Shown here in pieces: positions 7,801 through 15,347 of a stretch of DNA of 40,442 nucleotides; the stretch's first letter is position 1; the number at the start of each line of letters is the position of its first letter. Below the pieces are notes generated by a model that was not told the origin of the DNA, made no database searches, and saw nothing but the letters and a program-made list of their open reading frames with translations. A program made the position numbers and the translations under genes. The DNA is from Candidatus Iainarchaeum sp. (GTDB taxonomy: Archaea; Iainarchaeota; Iainarchaeia; Iainarchaeales; DTGL01): assembly GCA_043809265.1 (NCBI GenBank), contig JAZDDY010000120.1, positions 1 to 40,442 of the forward strand, written 5' to 3'.

Positions 7801-10463
7801 CAACAACAGACGACGCCAACACGCAATGGCAGGGCTCAAACCAAACAATTTTGCTGACTCCGAGTGACGGCGGTGGCTGCGGTGTTTCGGCAACATATTA
7901 TTGCATCGACACCTCAAACACGTGCACTCCCACGACAAACGGAACTTCAGTGAGCGTCGACTGCAATGCGAATTCAGTCTGCCAGAAGTATGTAAGGTAT
8001 TATTCCATTGACTCCGGAGGCAATACGGAAACAGTGAAATCCGTATTGATAAAAATCGACAGGCAGCCCCCCACAACACAGCACGATGCAAACACAGCAT
8101 GGCAGAATTCCAATCAAATAGTGCATTTCACTGTAAACGACAGCTCTGGCTGCGGCGGCGATTCAGCATATTATTGCCTTGATGACGCAAACACCTGCAG
8201 CCCCAACATTTTGAGCTCTTCAGCTGACGTCAACTGCGACACCAATTATGTCTGCCAGAAATACGTGCGCTTCAAGGGCGTCGACTATGCGGGCAACCAG
8301 GATGTGGTAAGGGCGGTTCTTATCAGGATTGACAAGAACGCGCCAATGACAGCAAGCGATATCAACACCGCATGGCGGTCAACAGACCACGTGATTTACC
8401 TTACAAGGCACGATACCGGCTCAGGGATACAGAACACCTGGTTCTGCACAGATTCAGACAACACCTGCACTCCCAACATTGCCGACACTTCCTTCACTGT
8501 TTATGCAATTGACGACCAGATATCAAGGCCTTATGTCAGGTATTATTCGAAAGACAACGTGAACAATGCCGAAGGAATCCACTCTGAAAGGGTGAGCATG
8601 GACAGGCAAAAGCCCACAACAACAGACGACTCCAACACCGCCTGGCAAAAGACCGATGTGACAGTGCACCTGTCGCCAAGCGACGGCTCCGGCTGCGGAG
8701 TTTATGCAACCTATTATTGCGTTGACACAGCCGGCACCTGCACTCCCACAACAAGCGGGACTTCGGCAAACGTCACCTGTGATGTGAATTCAGTTTGCCA
8801 GAAATATGTAAGGTATTATTCGGTTGACAATGTCAACAACACCGAAACCGTAAAAACATCGAATCTTGTGAAAATCGACAAAAACGCCCCATACACCACA
8901 GACAATGCGCCGAGCGCCTGGCAGGCACAGGACGTGAACGTAACGCTTTCCCCGAGCGACGGCTCAGGCTCAGGGGTTGCCTCAACAAAATACTGCGTTG
9001 ACACAGCAGGCACCTGCACTCCAACCTCAACATATGCCGCGCCAGTAAGCGTTACCTGCGCTTCAGATTCTATCTGCCAGCAATACGTGAGGTATTATTC
9101 AACAGACAATGCCGGCAACGCCGAACCGATAAGGACTTCGGTTTTGGTGAAAATCGACAAGCAGGCTCCGACCACAACAGATAACGCATCCCCGGACTGG
9201 CAGAGCGCGGATGTTAATGTAACCCTCACCCCAAGCGACGGCTCAGGCTCAGGAATTGCTGCAACCTATTATTGCATTGACGATGCCAATTCCTGCACTC
9301 CGGACACTTCTGGCACAACCGCAAGCGTCACCTGCCCGGCGAATTCCGTTTGCCAGAAGTATGTGAGGTATCGCTCAATCGACAATGTCGGCAACCAGGA
9401 AATAACAAAAGCCGCGCTTGTCAAAATAGAAAAGAGAGAGCCGCACACAAGCACAAACATAACCCAGACATGGTATGCCGGAGACTTTAACGTGGAACTT
9501 ACCTGCACGCCTGCCTCGCAATATACGACCTGCGTGCAGACAACCTACAGGCTCAACAGCGGTTCCTGGACAGTGTATTCGGCGCCATTCACGGTCACGG
9601 CAAGCGGAATCAACACAATAGACTTCAATTCAAGGGATTCGGCCGGAAACATCGAGGACATAAATACGGATTATGTGAGAATCGACCGCACCGCACCGAA
9701 CACCACAAACGACGCCAACACTCTGTGGAAGAGCACAGACCTCCAGTTCACGCTTTCCCCGACGGATTCCCAGAGCGGCGTCTCCGCAACCTATTATTGC
9801 ATCGACACCGCAAACACATGCACTCCCACGACAAGCGGGACTTCTGTCAGCGTCACCTGCGATGTGAATCAGAACTGCCAGAAATACGTCCGCTACTATT
9901 CAAAGGACGCAATGGACAACACCGAAAGCGTGAAGAATGTTTTGGTGCGCATCGACAAAAGATACCCCTATACTTTGGCCGAAGCGCCTTCAGGCTGCGT
10001 GAACCTTGACTTCAATATATTGCTGACATGCATTGACGAAAGCGGTTCCGGAAGGTGCATGATACAATACAAGTGGGGCGAAGAGCAATGGCTCAGCTCA
10101 GGCACGCTGACCGCAACAGAGTCGTTCACCTGGTGGGATATGAACTGGGGGCGCAGGAAGAAAATCGTGTTCAACAACGCAGGCCAGAGCGCGAAAAACG
10201 ATTATTCCATATTATTGAGGCTGAATTCCGGCAACTTCCACTTCTTTGAAACACAATCAGACGGCAGGGATTTGCGCTTCATTGACGACGACAATTCAAC
10301 ACAGCTGGATTATTTCATTGACACTTTCAGCCGCTCTCAGCAGGACGCGGTAATATGGGTGAAAGTCCCGCAAATCAATGCAGGCTCAACAACAGACCAT
10401 ATCTGGATGTATTATTCGAATTCCAGGGCGGACGCAAACCAGAGCGCGAACTGGTACGGCTGA
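4839..10463 (+). CDS. Giant secreted surface protein (1874 aa): Cys-rich head, about 13 Ig-like repeats of about 90 aa, C-terminal DUF2341-like domain
   Basis: Signal peptide (ILLLLALATAFLPAYCFA); two CCGDD motifs; repeated IDKxxPTTTDDxN...YYCxD..TCTP...CQKYVRYYSxDxxGN units; terminal WW..W.RRKKI...DGRDLRF...IWVKVP...MYY. Confidence 0.88.
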   Translation: MGPQNIQRTSQILLLLALATAFLPAYCFAQLCTGGLGITGAQDCIGTNTVPCHNCDSSDMDFEIRAPDDTNTTGWVNETYSGAVGTCPSACSEETWLNSYGYTFCHAEGAYDARTRSYSQDGGTYDWETSDWNIGVYTVNWDALQNWCTCKTGSSANWFSTVSGGSNGQCCGDDAASDDFYYYTASPTTASTLDCTRCSNGTKAGPTTLYGNGKWSGTDKTTDTSGTCYSGDITCNDTTASNGTSGTYYGNGYWSGASPLTDTSGTCYYGDITCSDGSAANGTSGTYYGNGYTTANSTTDKNGLCRYGDITCSNGSAANGASNYIYGNGSAFGTTCHYGDWTCANGSDSNGASCTLACSGLGTACCTSQSNYRDTITCAESGCGQTDHERDTGQSYCTATASGCTAYIWDSLGSKCCGDDGSGDSFCTTGGGSCMSGTWNANHCLDGVKNCTEVGIDTGGTDCNLAATDMAAPTTTSDANTAWQTSNQTITLTCSDGSAVGATGCQATYYCIDDYNTCLPSIAGTTVQVNCASNDVNRKFVRFYSLDYNSNVEAVKSAYIRIDKQKPSTDNNISTSWVDANVHVKFSCTDYNGSGCYLTQYRQDTNPSKELTWGAWATYTGAIIFGSDGNYAVDFNSKDAVGNIESTIRMLVKIDKGIALIWPMETYSYYSTYDGNVIVQFTQDGNHQLDFNSRDVAGNVEQVRTVWVAIDKSPPVTVDDLNAAWHTVNFSVTLTCRDAAKQCTLTKYRIDSDATSSVSIGAWNTYSTPISISTDGNWAIDYNSTDYVGWIEATHTIYALLDKNAPTTTDDANTAWRNSNLAVTLTATDSTSGVKDTLFCQTTGSCTPSVSGNNFTISCPSEAVCTEYLYYRSIDIAGNQESIKNTGEIKIDKQSPIVSDDANSACQFSDQTVNIESYDWNGSGILGTYYCVDDSNSCEPSTSGSSASVTCDANSTCQKYVRYNAVDLAGNASSMHAPKLIIDKGASTTTDDANTQWQGSNQTILLTPSDGGGCGVSATYYCIDTSNTCTPTTNGTSVSVDCNANSVCQKYVRYYSIDSGGNTETVKSVLIKIDRQPPTTQHDANTAWQNSNQIVHFTVNDSSGCGGDSAYYCLDDANTCSPNILSSSADVNCDTNYVCQKYVRFKGVDYAGNQDVVRAVLIRIDKNAPMTASDINTAWRSTDHVIYLTRHDTGSGIQNTWFCTDSDNTCTPNIADTSFTVYAIDDQISRPYVRYYSKDNVNNAEGIHSERVSMDRQKPTTTDDSNTAWQKTDVTVHLSPSDGSGCGVYATYYCVDTAGTCTPTTSGTSANVTCDVNSVCQKYVRYYSVDNVNNTETVKTSNLVKIDKNAPYTTDNAPSAWQAQDVNVTLSPSDGSGSGVASTKYCVDTAGTCTPTSTYAAPVSVTCASDSICQQYVRYYSTDNAGNAEPIRTSVLVKIDKQAPTTTDNASPDWQSADVNVTLTPSDGSGSGIAATYYCIDDANSCTPDTSGTTASVTCPANSVCQKYVRYRSIDNVGNQEITKAALVKIEKREPHTSTNITQTWYAGDFNVELTCTPASQYTTCVQTTYRLNSGSWTVYSAPFTVTASGINTIDFNSRDSAGNIEDINTDYVRIDRTAPNTTNDANTLWKSTDLQFTLSPTDSQSGVSATYYCIDTANTCTPTTSGTSVSVTCDVNQNCQKYVRYYSKDAMDNTESVKNVLVRIDKRYPYTLAEAPSGCVNLDFNILLTCIDESGSGRCMIQYKWGEEQWLSSGTLTATESFTWWDMNWGRRKKIVFNNAGQSAKNDYSILLRLNSGNFHFFETQSDGRDLRFIDDDNSTQLDYFIDTFSRSQQDAVIWVKVPQINAGSTTDHIWMYYSNSRADANQSANWYG
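5460..5900 (+). repeat. Four coding repeats of about 39 aa (YYGNG...GTCYYGDITCSxGxAxNG)
   Basis: Visible in the translation and as recurring ggcaacgg / ggcgacatcacctgc in the DNA. Confidence 0.85.
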
Positions 10464-10479
10464 ATTCGGCAGGAACAGG

Positions 10480-10506
10480 CAACGGAAAAGCATAAAAACA
10501 ATAAAA
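10480..10506 (+). repeat. 27-bp direct repeat, left copy (CAACGGAAAAGCATAAAAACAATAAAA)
   Basis: Identical to 11164-11190; the pair brackets the MNT-HEPN genes. Confidence 0.92.
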
Positions 10507-10536
10507 CAGCAAATGGTTCTATTGGGGTGGATTGAA

Positions 10537-10824
10537 TTGAACTTGAATTCAATTAGGAGAATTGCGGTTCCAATTCTGAAAAAAAACGGGGTAAGGAAAG
10601 CGGGCGTGTTCGGCTCGATTGCGAGAGGCGAAGCCAGGAAAGACAGCGACATTGACATTTTGATAGAGTTCAGCGGCAAAAAAAGCCTGTTTGACTTGGC
10701 CGGGCTTGAAATAGAATTGGAGAAAAAACTGAAAAAAAGGGTTGAATTGGTGGAATACTGTTCCATTCACCCGCTCCTAAAAGGCACTATTTTAGGCGAA
10801 GAGGTAAAACTCTATGAAAACTGA
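10537..10824 (+). CDS. mntA: Minimal nucleotidyltransferase (MNT) antitoxin
   Basis: GSIARGEARKDSDID = GSx10DxD. Start likely TTG 10537 after GGGGTG (ATG 10513 is an alternative). Overlaps the HEPN gene. Confidence 0.9.
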   Translation: MNLNSIRRIAVPILKKNGVRKAGVFGSIARGEARKDSDIDILIEFSGKKSLFDLAGLEIELEKKLKKRVELVEYCSIHPLLKGTILGEEVKLYEN

Positions 10825-11179
10825 TGGAATTTACCTGCAGCACATTCTGGAATCAACCTCGGACATAGAGCGATTTGTTGAAGGCGTTTCCAAAGAGGAA
10901 TTCATGGAATCAGCGGAGAAACAGGCTGCGGTGATAAGGAAACTGGAAATAATCGGGGAAGCCGTGAAAAACACCTCAAACTGCATCAGAAACAGGCATC
11001 CGGAAATCCCATGGGCCGAGATAGCGAGGACAAGAGACAAACTAATCCACGGCTATTTTGAAGTCAATGCTGAAAGAGTCTGGGTAATTGTCAAACGGGA
11101 TTTGCCGGGATTAAAAAAGAACATGGAAAAAATCCTGAAAAAAGAAGAATCCAGCGAAAAACACAACGGAAAAGCATAA
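10814..11179 (+). CDS. hepT: HEPN (DUF86) RNase toxin
   Basis: YLQHILES...LEIIGEAVK...IPWAEIARTRDKLIHGYF (Rx4HxY motif). Confidence 0.92.
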   Translation: MKTDGIYLQHILESTSDIERFVEGVSKEEFMESAEKQAAVIRKLEIIGEAVKNTSNCIRNRHPEIPWAEIARTRDKLIHGYFEVNAERVWVIVKRDLPGLKKNMEKILKKEESSEKHNGKA

Positions 11180-11190
11180 AAACAATAAAA
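11164..11190 (+). repeat. 27-bp direct repeat, right copy
   Basis: Identical to 10480-10506; contains the hepT stop codon (TAA 11177-11179). Confidence 0.92.
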
Positions 11191-11214
11191 GTATATATTT
11201 AGTGAGGCTTTGGA

Positions 11215-12474
11215 ATGCAAAAAAAGCATTTATTCCTTTCAACGCTGTTGCTGCTTTTTATTCTGGCGGGCGCCTATGCCGCAGTCCCGCGCCTATTGAC
11301 AGTGCAAGGCCGATTAAAGGAAGCAGGTTCCTCGGTCAGCGGCAATTACGACATGGTTTTTTACATTTACAATGTCGAATCAGGCGGAACGGCGCTATAC
11401 ACTGAAAGCCACACAGGCGCCAACACAGTGCCTGTGAACGCAGGCTTTTTCAGCACCATATTGGGCGACATCACTTCCCTGGACTTGGCTTTCAAAGAAC
11501 AATACTGGCTTGGCATAAAAGTGGGTTCGGATTCCGAAATGACTCCGCGCATCAAACTGACAAACTCCTCTTATGCTTTCGTGGCCCGCGACCTGAACGT
11601 GGGAGACAACTTGAACATTGACAGCGGCACTTTGTACGTTGACATTTCAGGAGACTTGGTCGGCATTGGCACAACCTCGCCAGGGCAAAAGCTCACGGTT
11701 TCAGGCAACGGCATCCGCATCACAGGCGTTGACACGCCAATGCTCGAATTTTATCCCAGCACAGGCGACCAATGGAGAGTGCAAAGCCAAAACGACAGCA
11801 CCTTCAGCGTATTCAACGTAACAGACGGCAGAACTTATCTGTTGATTGACGGCAGCGGGAATGTGGGCCTGAACAAAACGCCTTCCTACAGGCTTGACGT
11901 GAACGGCACAGTGAACGCGACCAGTTTTTACCAAAACGGCTCGCCCCTTGTCGGCAGTTATTGGACTAAAACAGGAAATAACATTTACTACAATGACGGA
12001 AACGTGGGGATTGGGACGGCGAGCCCGGGAGCGAAGTTGGATGTGAACGGCGTTTTAAATATACAAAACCAGCCGATTATCAGTGGTCAAATGGGCACTG
12101 CGATGACAAATCCGGCTGCAGTGCAAAAGCTTGCATTTAACGAGTTTTGGGTCTCGCGCGGCATTACCTATGACTCTGACACACGCAGATTTACCGTGCC
12201 TGTTGCTGGAGTTTACCGCATCACGCTTAACCCATTTTTTGCAACCGGAGCCGGCGCGGCTCGAGTTCTTGTTGGAATCAATACTGACGCGCCCACTGCT
12301 ACTAACGCTCGTGGGCATGCTTATCGTGAATCCGCGACTTATGACACGGGCAGTATTGACAGTGTTGTTTCGCTAAATGCGAACGATTATATCGTATTCT
12401 ACCTATTATCGGGAACTCTATACAACCAAGCGGGCGACTATTTTAACCAATTTTCAATCGTAAAAATTGCATGA
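11215..12474 (+). CDS. Secreted fibre/adhesin-like protein with GNVGIGT shaft repeats and a C1q/TNF-like C-terminal tip
   Basis: Signal peptide; N-domain TVQGRL...YWLGI.V..D.EM.PR; LVGIGTTSP / GNVGLN / GNVGIGTASP repeats; tip FTVPVAGVYRI...VVSLNANDYIVF. Confidence 0.78.
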   Translation: MQKKHLFLSTLLLLFILAGAYAAVPRLLTVQGRLKEAGSSVSGNYDMVFYIYNVESGGTALYTESHTGANTVPVNAGFFSTILGDITSLDLAFKEQYWLGIKVGSDSEMTPRIKLTNSSYAFVARDLNVGDNLNIDSGTLYVDISGDLVGIGTTSPGQKLTVSGNGIRITGVDTPMLEFYPSTGDQWRVQSQNDSTFSVFNVTDGRTYLLIDGSGNVGLNKTPSYRLDVNGTVNATSFYQNGSPLVGSYWTKTGNNIYYNDGNVGIGTASPGAKLDVNGVLNIQNQPIISGQMGTAMTNPAAVQKLAFNEFWVSRGITYDSDTRRFTVPVAGVYRITLNPFFATGAGAARVLVGINTDAPTATNARGHAYRESATYDTGSIDSVVSLNANDYIVFYLLSGTLYNQAGDYFNQFSIVKIA

Positions 12475-12762
12475 GAAGAAATTTCTTCCTTGATGGCAAT
12501 TCTGCTTGGACTTGGGTTGCATGATTTTCTTCTTGACCTGAAGAGCGTTTCCTTGCCCGAAAAGTCCTGCTCTCTCCTAATAGCGCTTGTTTTTTGATTT
12601 TTTGGAGCACTTGGCCTTTTGGTTTCAAAAAGCGGGCGTAAACGTGTGAGCTGGAAACCCCTGCCTTTCAAGGCATTCCTGAAATCGCACGCTTTTTTTC
12701 CCAATTGCCTTTTGCTTGGGAAAACCCTTTTAATTCCTTTTTTGCCATTCTTAGCGGTCGGC

Positions 12763-13905
12763 ATGGATTTTTCTTTCAAGGCAATGGCTTTGCTTGGCGC
12801 TGTTTTGGGAATGGCGGTGGCGGTTTTACTGGTTTTACAGTTAAATGACGGTGGCCTTGCTCTGCTGCCAGGCACTCCAAAAGAAAGCGGGCAAGGGCTT
12901 TCCCCTACGCCGCTTCAAAAAATCGAATTGTTTGAATTAAAAGTGAAGGACTGCAACCAATGCGTTTCTTTTGATTTATTGAAACAGCAATTGATGGACT
13001 TGAACAAAGAATTTGATTACAGGGAAGCGCTTTTCGACAGCGCGGAAGGAAAACAATTGATTGAAAAATATGCGATTGAATTTGCACCAACCATTATTGT
13101 AAAGAATGCCCCGGCAAACCTTTTCGGCAACTGGAAAGATGTGGGTTCGGTTGAAGCGGACGGGGCAATGGTTTTCCGCTCTAAGGTTCCGGTTTACTGG
13201 GATTTGAAAGAGCAAAGGTTCGCAGGCCTTGTGAACGTGACAGAGATAACTGATTCGTCCTGCGGGAACTGCTTTAGCCAGCTGCAGTCAGGCGAATTGA
13301 GCCTGTTGCTGGCAAACATCAAGGTCTTGGAATCGAAAAAAGTCGATGTTGGCTCTACGGAAGGAAAGGAATTATTGAAAAAATACCATCTGGATTTTGT
13401 GCCTGCCGCGATTTTTTCGCCTGAAGTGGGGGATTACAATTTTTTCCAGCAGTTTGCTTCGTTCGGCTCTATTGAAAGCGACGGCTCGTTTGTTGTGAGA
13501 AAAAAATTCCCGCCATATAAAGGCCTTGATTCGAATGCTGTGAAAGGCCTGCTTTCAATAACCCTTATCGAATCACCGCAGTGCTGGGCCTGCAAGGACG
13601 CAAAAGACCTGCTGGCATTCCTGAATTCAAAGCTCGGGTTGAGGTTTGCGGATATAATAGTAATCGACGCAAACTCGGAAAGCGCGCGCTATCTGGCAGA
13701 ACAATATTCTGTGCAGTATGCGCCGGCAGCATTAATCCAGGGCGATTTGGCTCTTTTTGAGGGAATGGAGGAAACCTGGCCGAAAATCGGCCGCGTTTTC
13801 AAGGACGGGGTTTATGCTTTCGATAATCCGCTTTTGCTCGGGGAAGGCTATTATTATGACTTCAATTCAGGATTGATAGTTGCTGCAAGCGCTCAGCCGG
13901 CCTGA
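12763..13905 (+). CDS. Membrane-anchored protein with three thioredoxin-like CxxC domains
   Basis: N-terminal TM helix; CNQC, CGNC and CWAC, each followed by a cis-Pro-type motif (FAPT, FVPA, YAPA). Start at ATG 12763 after promoter-like GGAAAACCCTTTTAA. Confidence 0.75.
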   Translation: MDFSFKAMALLGAVLGMAVAVLLVLQLNDGGLALLPGTPKESGQGLSPTPLQKIELFELKVKDCNQCVSFDLLKQQLMDLNKEFDYREALFDSAEGKQLIEKYAIEFAPTIIVKNAPANLFGNWKDVGSVEADGAMVFRSKVPVYWDLKEQRFAGLVNVTEITDSSCGNCFSQLQSGELSLLLANIKVLESKKVDVGSTEGKELLKKYHLDFVPAAIFSPEVGDYNFFQQFASFGSIESDGSFVVRKKFPPYKGLDSNAVKGLLSITLIESPQCWACKDAKDLLAFLNSKLGLRFADIIVIDANSESARYLAEQYSVQYAPAALIQGDLALFEGMEETWPKIGRVFKDGVYAFDNPLLLGEGYYYDFNSGLIVAASAQPA

Positions 13906-14177
13906 TTTGCATCCTCAATCTCCGCTTTTACATCGCTGACAGTATAGCCCTCGCTTCCATGCAGGAATTCTGCGCTGACCTCAAGCAAGGAAAACGCGTT
14001 TTCATCGCTGTTTTTTTGGTTTTCGTCGCCTGAAAAAGCGTTTTTTTGGGTGCTTTGACCATTTTTTTGCATGTTTTCATTGTTCTGTGGAACAGCCAAT
14101 AAATAGAACGCCAGAACCAGCAATAAAAGCGCTATTGCAATAAACGCTTTCCTGAACGAATGCTTCCACAAATTCAT
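13893..14177 (-). CDS. Small membrane-anchored hypothetical protein
   Basis: ATG 14177 MNLWKHSFRKAFIAIALLLLVLAFYLLAV; one TM helix, then a polar tail with three DxN motifs like the other exported proteins. Confidence 0.6.
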   Translation of the reverse strand: MNLWKHSFRKAFIAIALLLLVLAFYLLAVPQNNENMQKNGQSTQKNAFSGDENQKNSDENAFSLLEVSAEFLHGSEGYTVSDVKAEIEDANQAG

Positions 14178-14309
14178 GCAATTTAATATTGCCGGATTCA
14201 ATTCTTAAACAATTCCTGCCTGAGAACCGAAAAACTGCTTAAAGAAATGTTTAAATAGGAGTATTGATTAATTAGTATTGAACCAGTTTCAGGGCTAAAG
14301 GGGAAACAA

Positions 14310-15143
14310 ATGGAATCAAAAGCAAAAAAATTGCTTGCATTTTCTGTTTCATTCGCGGTTGTACTCACAATCGTTTTTTTCTGGTTTGCAAGCACGCAGG
14401 CTGCAATTCCAAAAAAGCTCACAATCCAGGGCAAATTAGACCAGGGCGGCTCCCTTGCGGACGGAAACTATGCCATGGTTTTCAAAATCTATGACGTGGA
14501 AACAGGCGGCACTGCCCTGTACACCGAATCGCACACCGCTTCCAACAAGGTTGCTGTGAACAACGGCTTTTTCAAAACCACCTTGGGCGACCTGACTGCG
14601 TTGGATCTCGCTTTTGATGTTCCGTACTGGTTGGGCATTACAATCGAATCGGATTCGGAAATTGCGCCAAGGATTGCGCTCAACAGTTCAAGCTATGCAA
14701 TGAAAGCCGGCGGCCTGGTAATGGATGCAAATTTGAATATTGACTCTGGAACATTGTTTGTGGACATTTCTGGAGACAAAGTGGGGATTGGGACGACGAG
14801 CCCTGAGCAAAAGTTGTCTGTTGCAGGCACGATTGAGAGCACGAGCGGCGGTTTCAAGTTCCCTGATGCGACAACGCAGACAACGGCGGCTAGCCTTGGC
14901 CAGTATGCTTCAAACACTTGCACAGGGGCCAGTTGTGTCGCGACCGCCACCTGCCCCTCCAATTACATTGTAATTTGGGGTTATTACTACAACATATCAA
15001 CGAGTTGCAGTGCCAAGACTATCGCCAATACTAACACTACTGACGGTTGGACTTTCACCAATGTTCCGGGCGGCACAAGCCGCTCTTATACAACCAATGC
15101 CGCAAGCGGCTGTGTGAAACTCTATTGCATCAAATACCAGTAA
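14310..15143 (+). CDS. Second fibre/adhesin-like protein, paralog of 11215-12474, with a Cys-containing tip
   Basis: Same N-domain (LTIQGKL...MVFKIYDVETGGTALYTESH...YWLGI), KVGIGTTSP, GGFKFPDATTQTTA, then an unrelated tip (TCPSNY...LYCIKYQ). Confidence 0.8.
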   Translation: MESKAKKLLAFSVSFAVVLTIVFFWFASTQAAIPKKLTIQGKLDQGGSLADGNYAMVFKIYDVETGGTALYTESHTASNKVAVNNGFFKTTLGDLTALDLAFDVPYWLGITIESDSEIAPRIALNSSSYAMKAGGLVMDANLNIDSGTLFVDISGDKVGIGTTSPEQKLSVAGTIESTSGGFKFPDATTQTTAASLGQYASNTCTGASCVATATCPSNYIVIWGYYYNISTSCSAKTIANTNTTDGWTFTNVPGGTSRSYTTNAASGCVKLYCIKYQ

Positions 15144-15202
15144 GGCTGCACGATTGCCGCAAGGCTTGAATGAGAGCGCTTTTTTTCCCTTTTTCCTGCC
15201 TG

Positions 15203-15218
15203 CGAAATGTTTTTATTG
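15203..15218 (+). promoter_or_regulatory. Putative BRE-TATA promoter CGAAATGTTTTTATTG
   Basis: 15/16 identical to 30643-30658, upstream of another surface-protein gene; similar to GAAATGTTTAAATA near 14244. Confidence 0.5.
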
Positions 15219-15240
15219 CTGGACGGCTTAATAGAATAGG

Positions 15241-15273
15241 CCCAATAAATTAATTTATTGGGAATTTATTGGG
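15241..15273. promoter_or_regulatory. Perfect 22-bp palindrome plus a third half-site (possible operator)
   Basis: CCCAATAAATTAATTTATTGGG (15241-15262) followed directly by another AATTTATTGGG (15263-15273). Confidence 0.55.
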
Positions 15274-15347
15274 GAAAGCAAAGGCCTTGCGGCCTTGAAA
15301 GGCTTGGAAGGCCTGGAAGGCTTTGACCGTTTCGGTTCGTGGAAGAA

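Noticed and set aside
12438-12762. Minus-strand ORFs in the gap after the first fibre gene, and the 12619 upstream extension
   Set aside because: No recognisable motifs, weak starts and overlaps with real genes; may be a decayed remnant but cannot be supported
11215-15143. Diversity-generating retroelement as the cause of fibre tip variation
   Set aside because: No reverse transcriptase and no TR/VR pair differing only at adenines seen in the window
15283-15327. Short repeats considered as a CRISPR array
   Set aside because: Units are 8-10 bp with no spacers, and no cas genes are present
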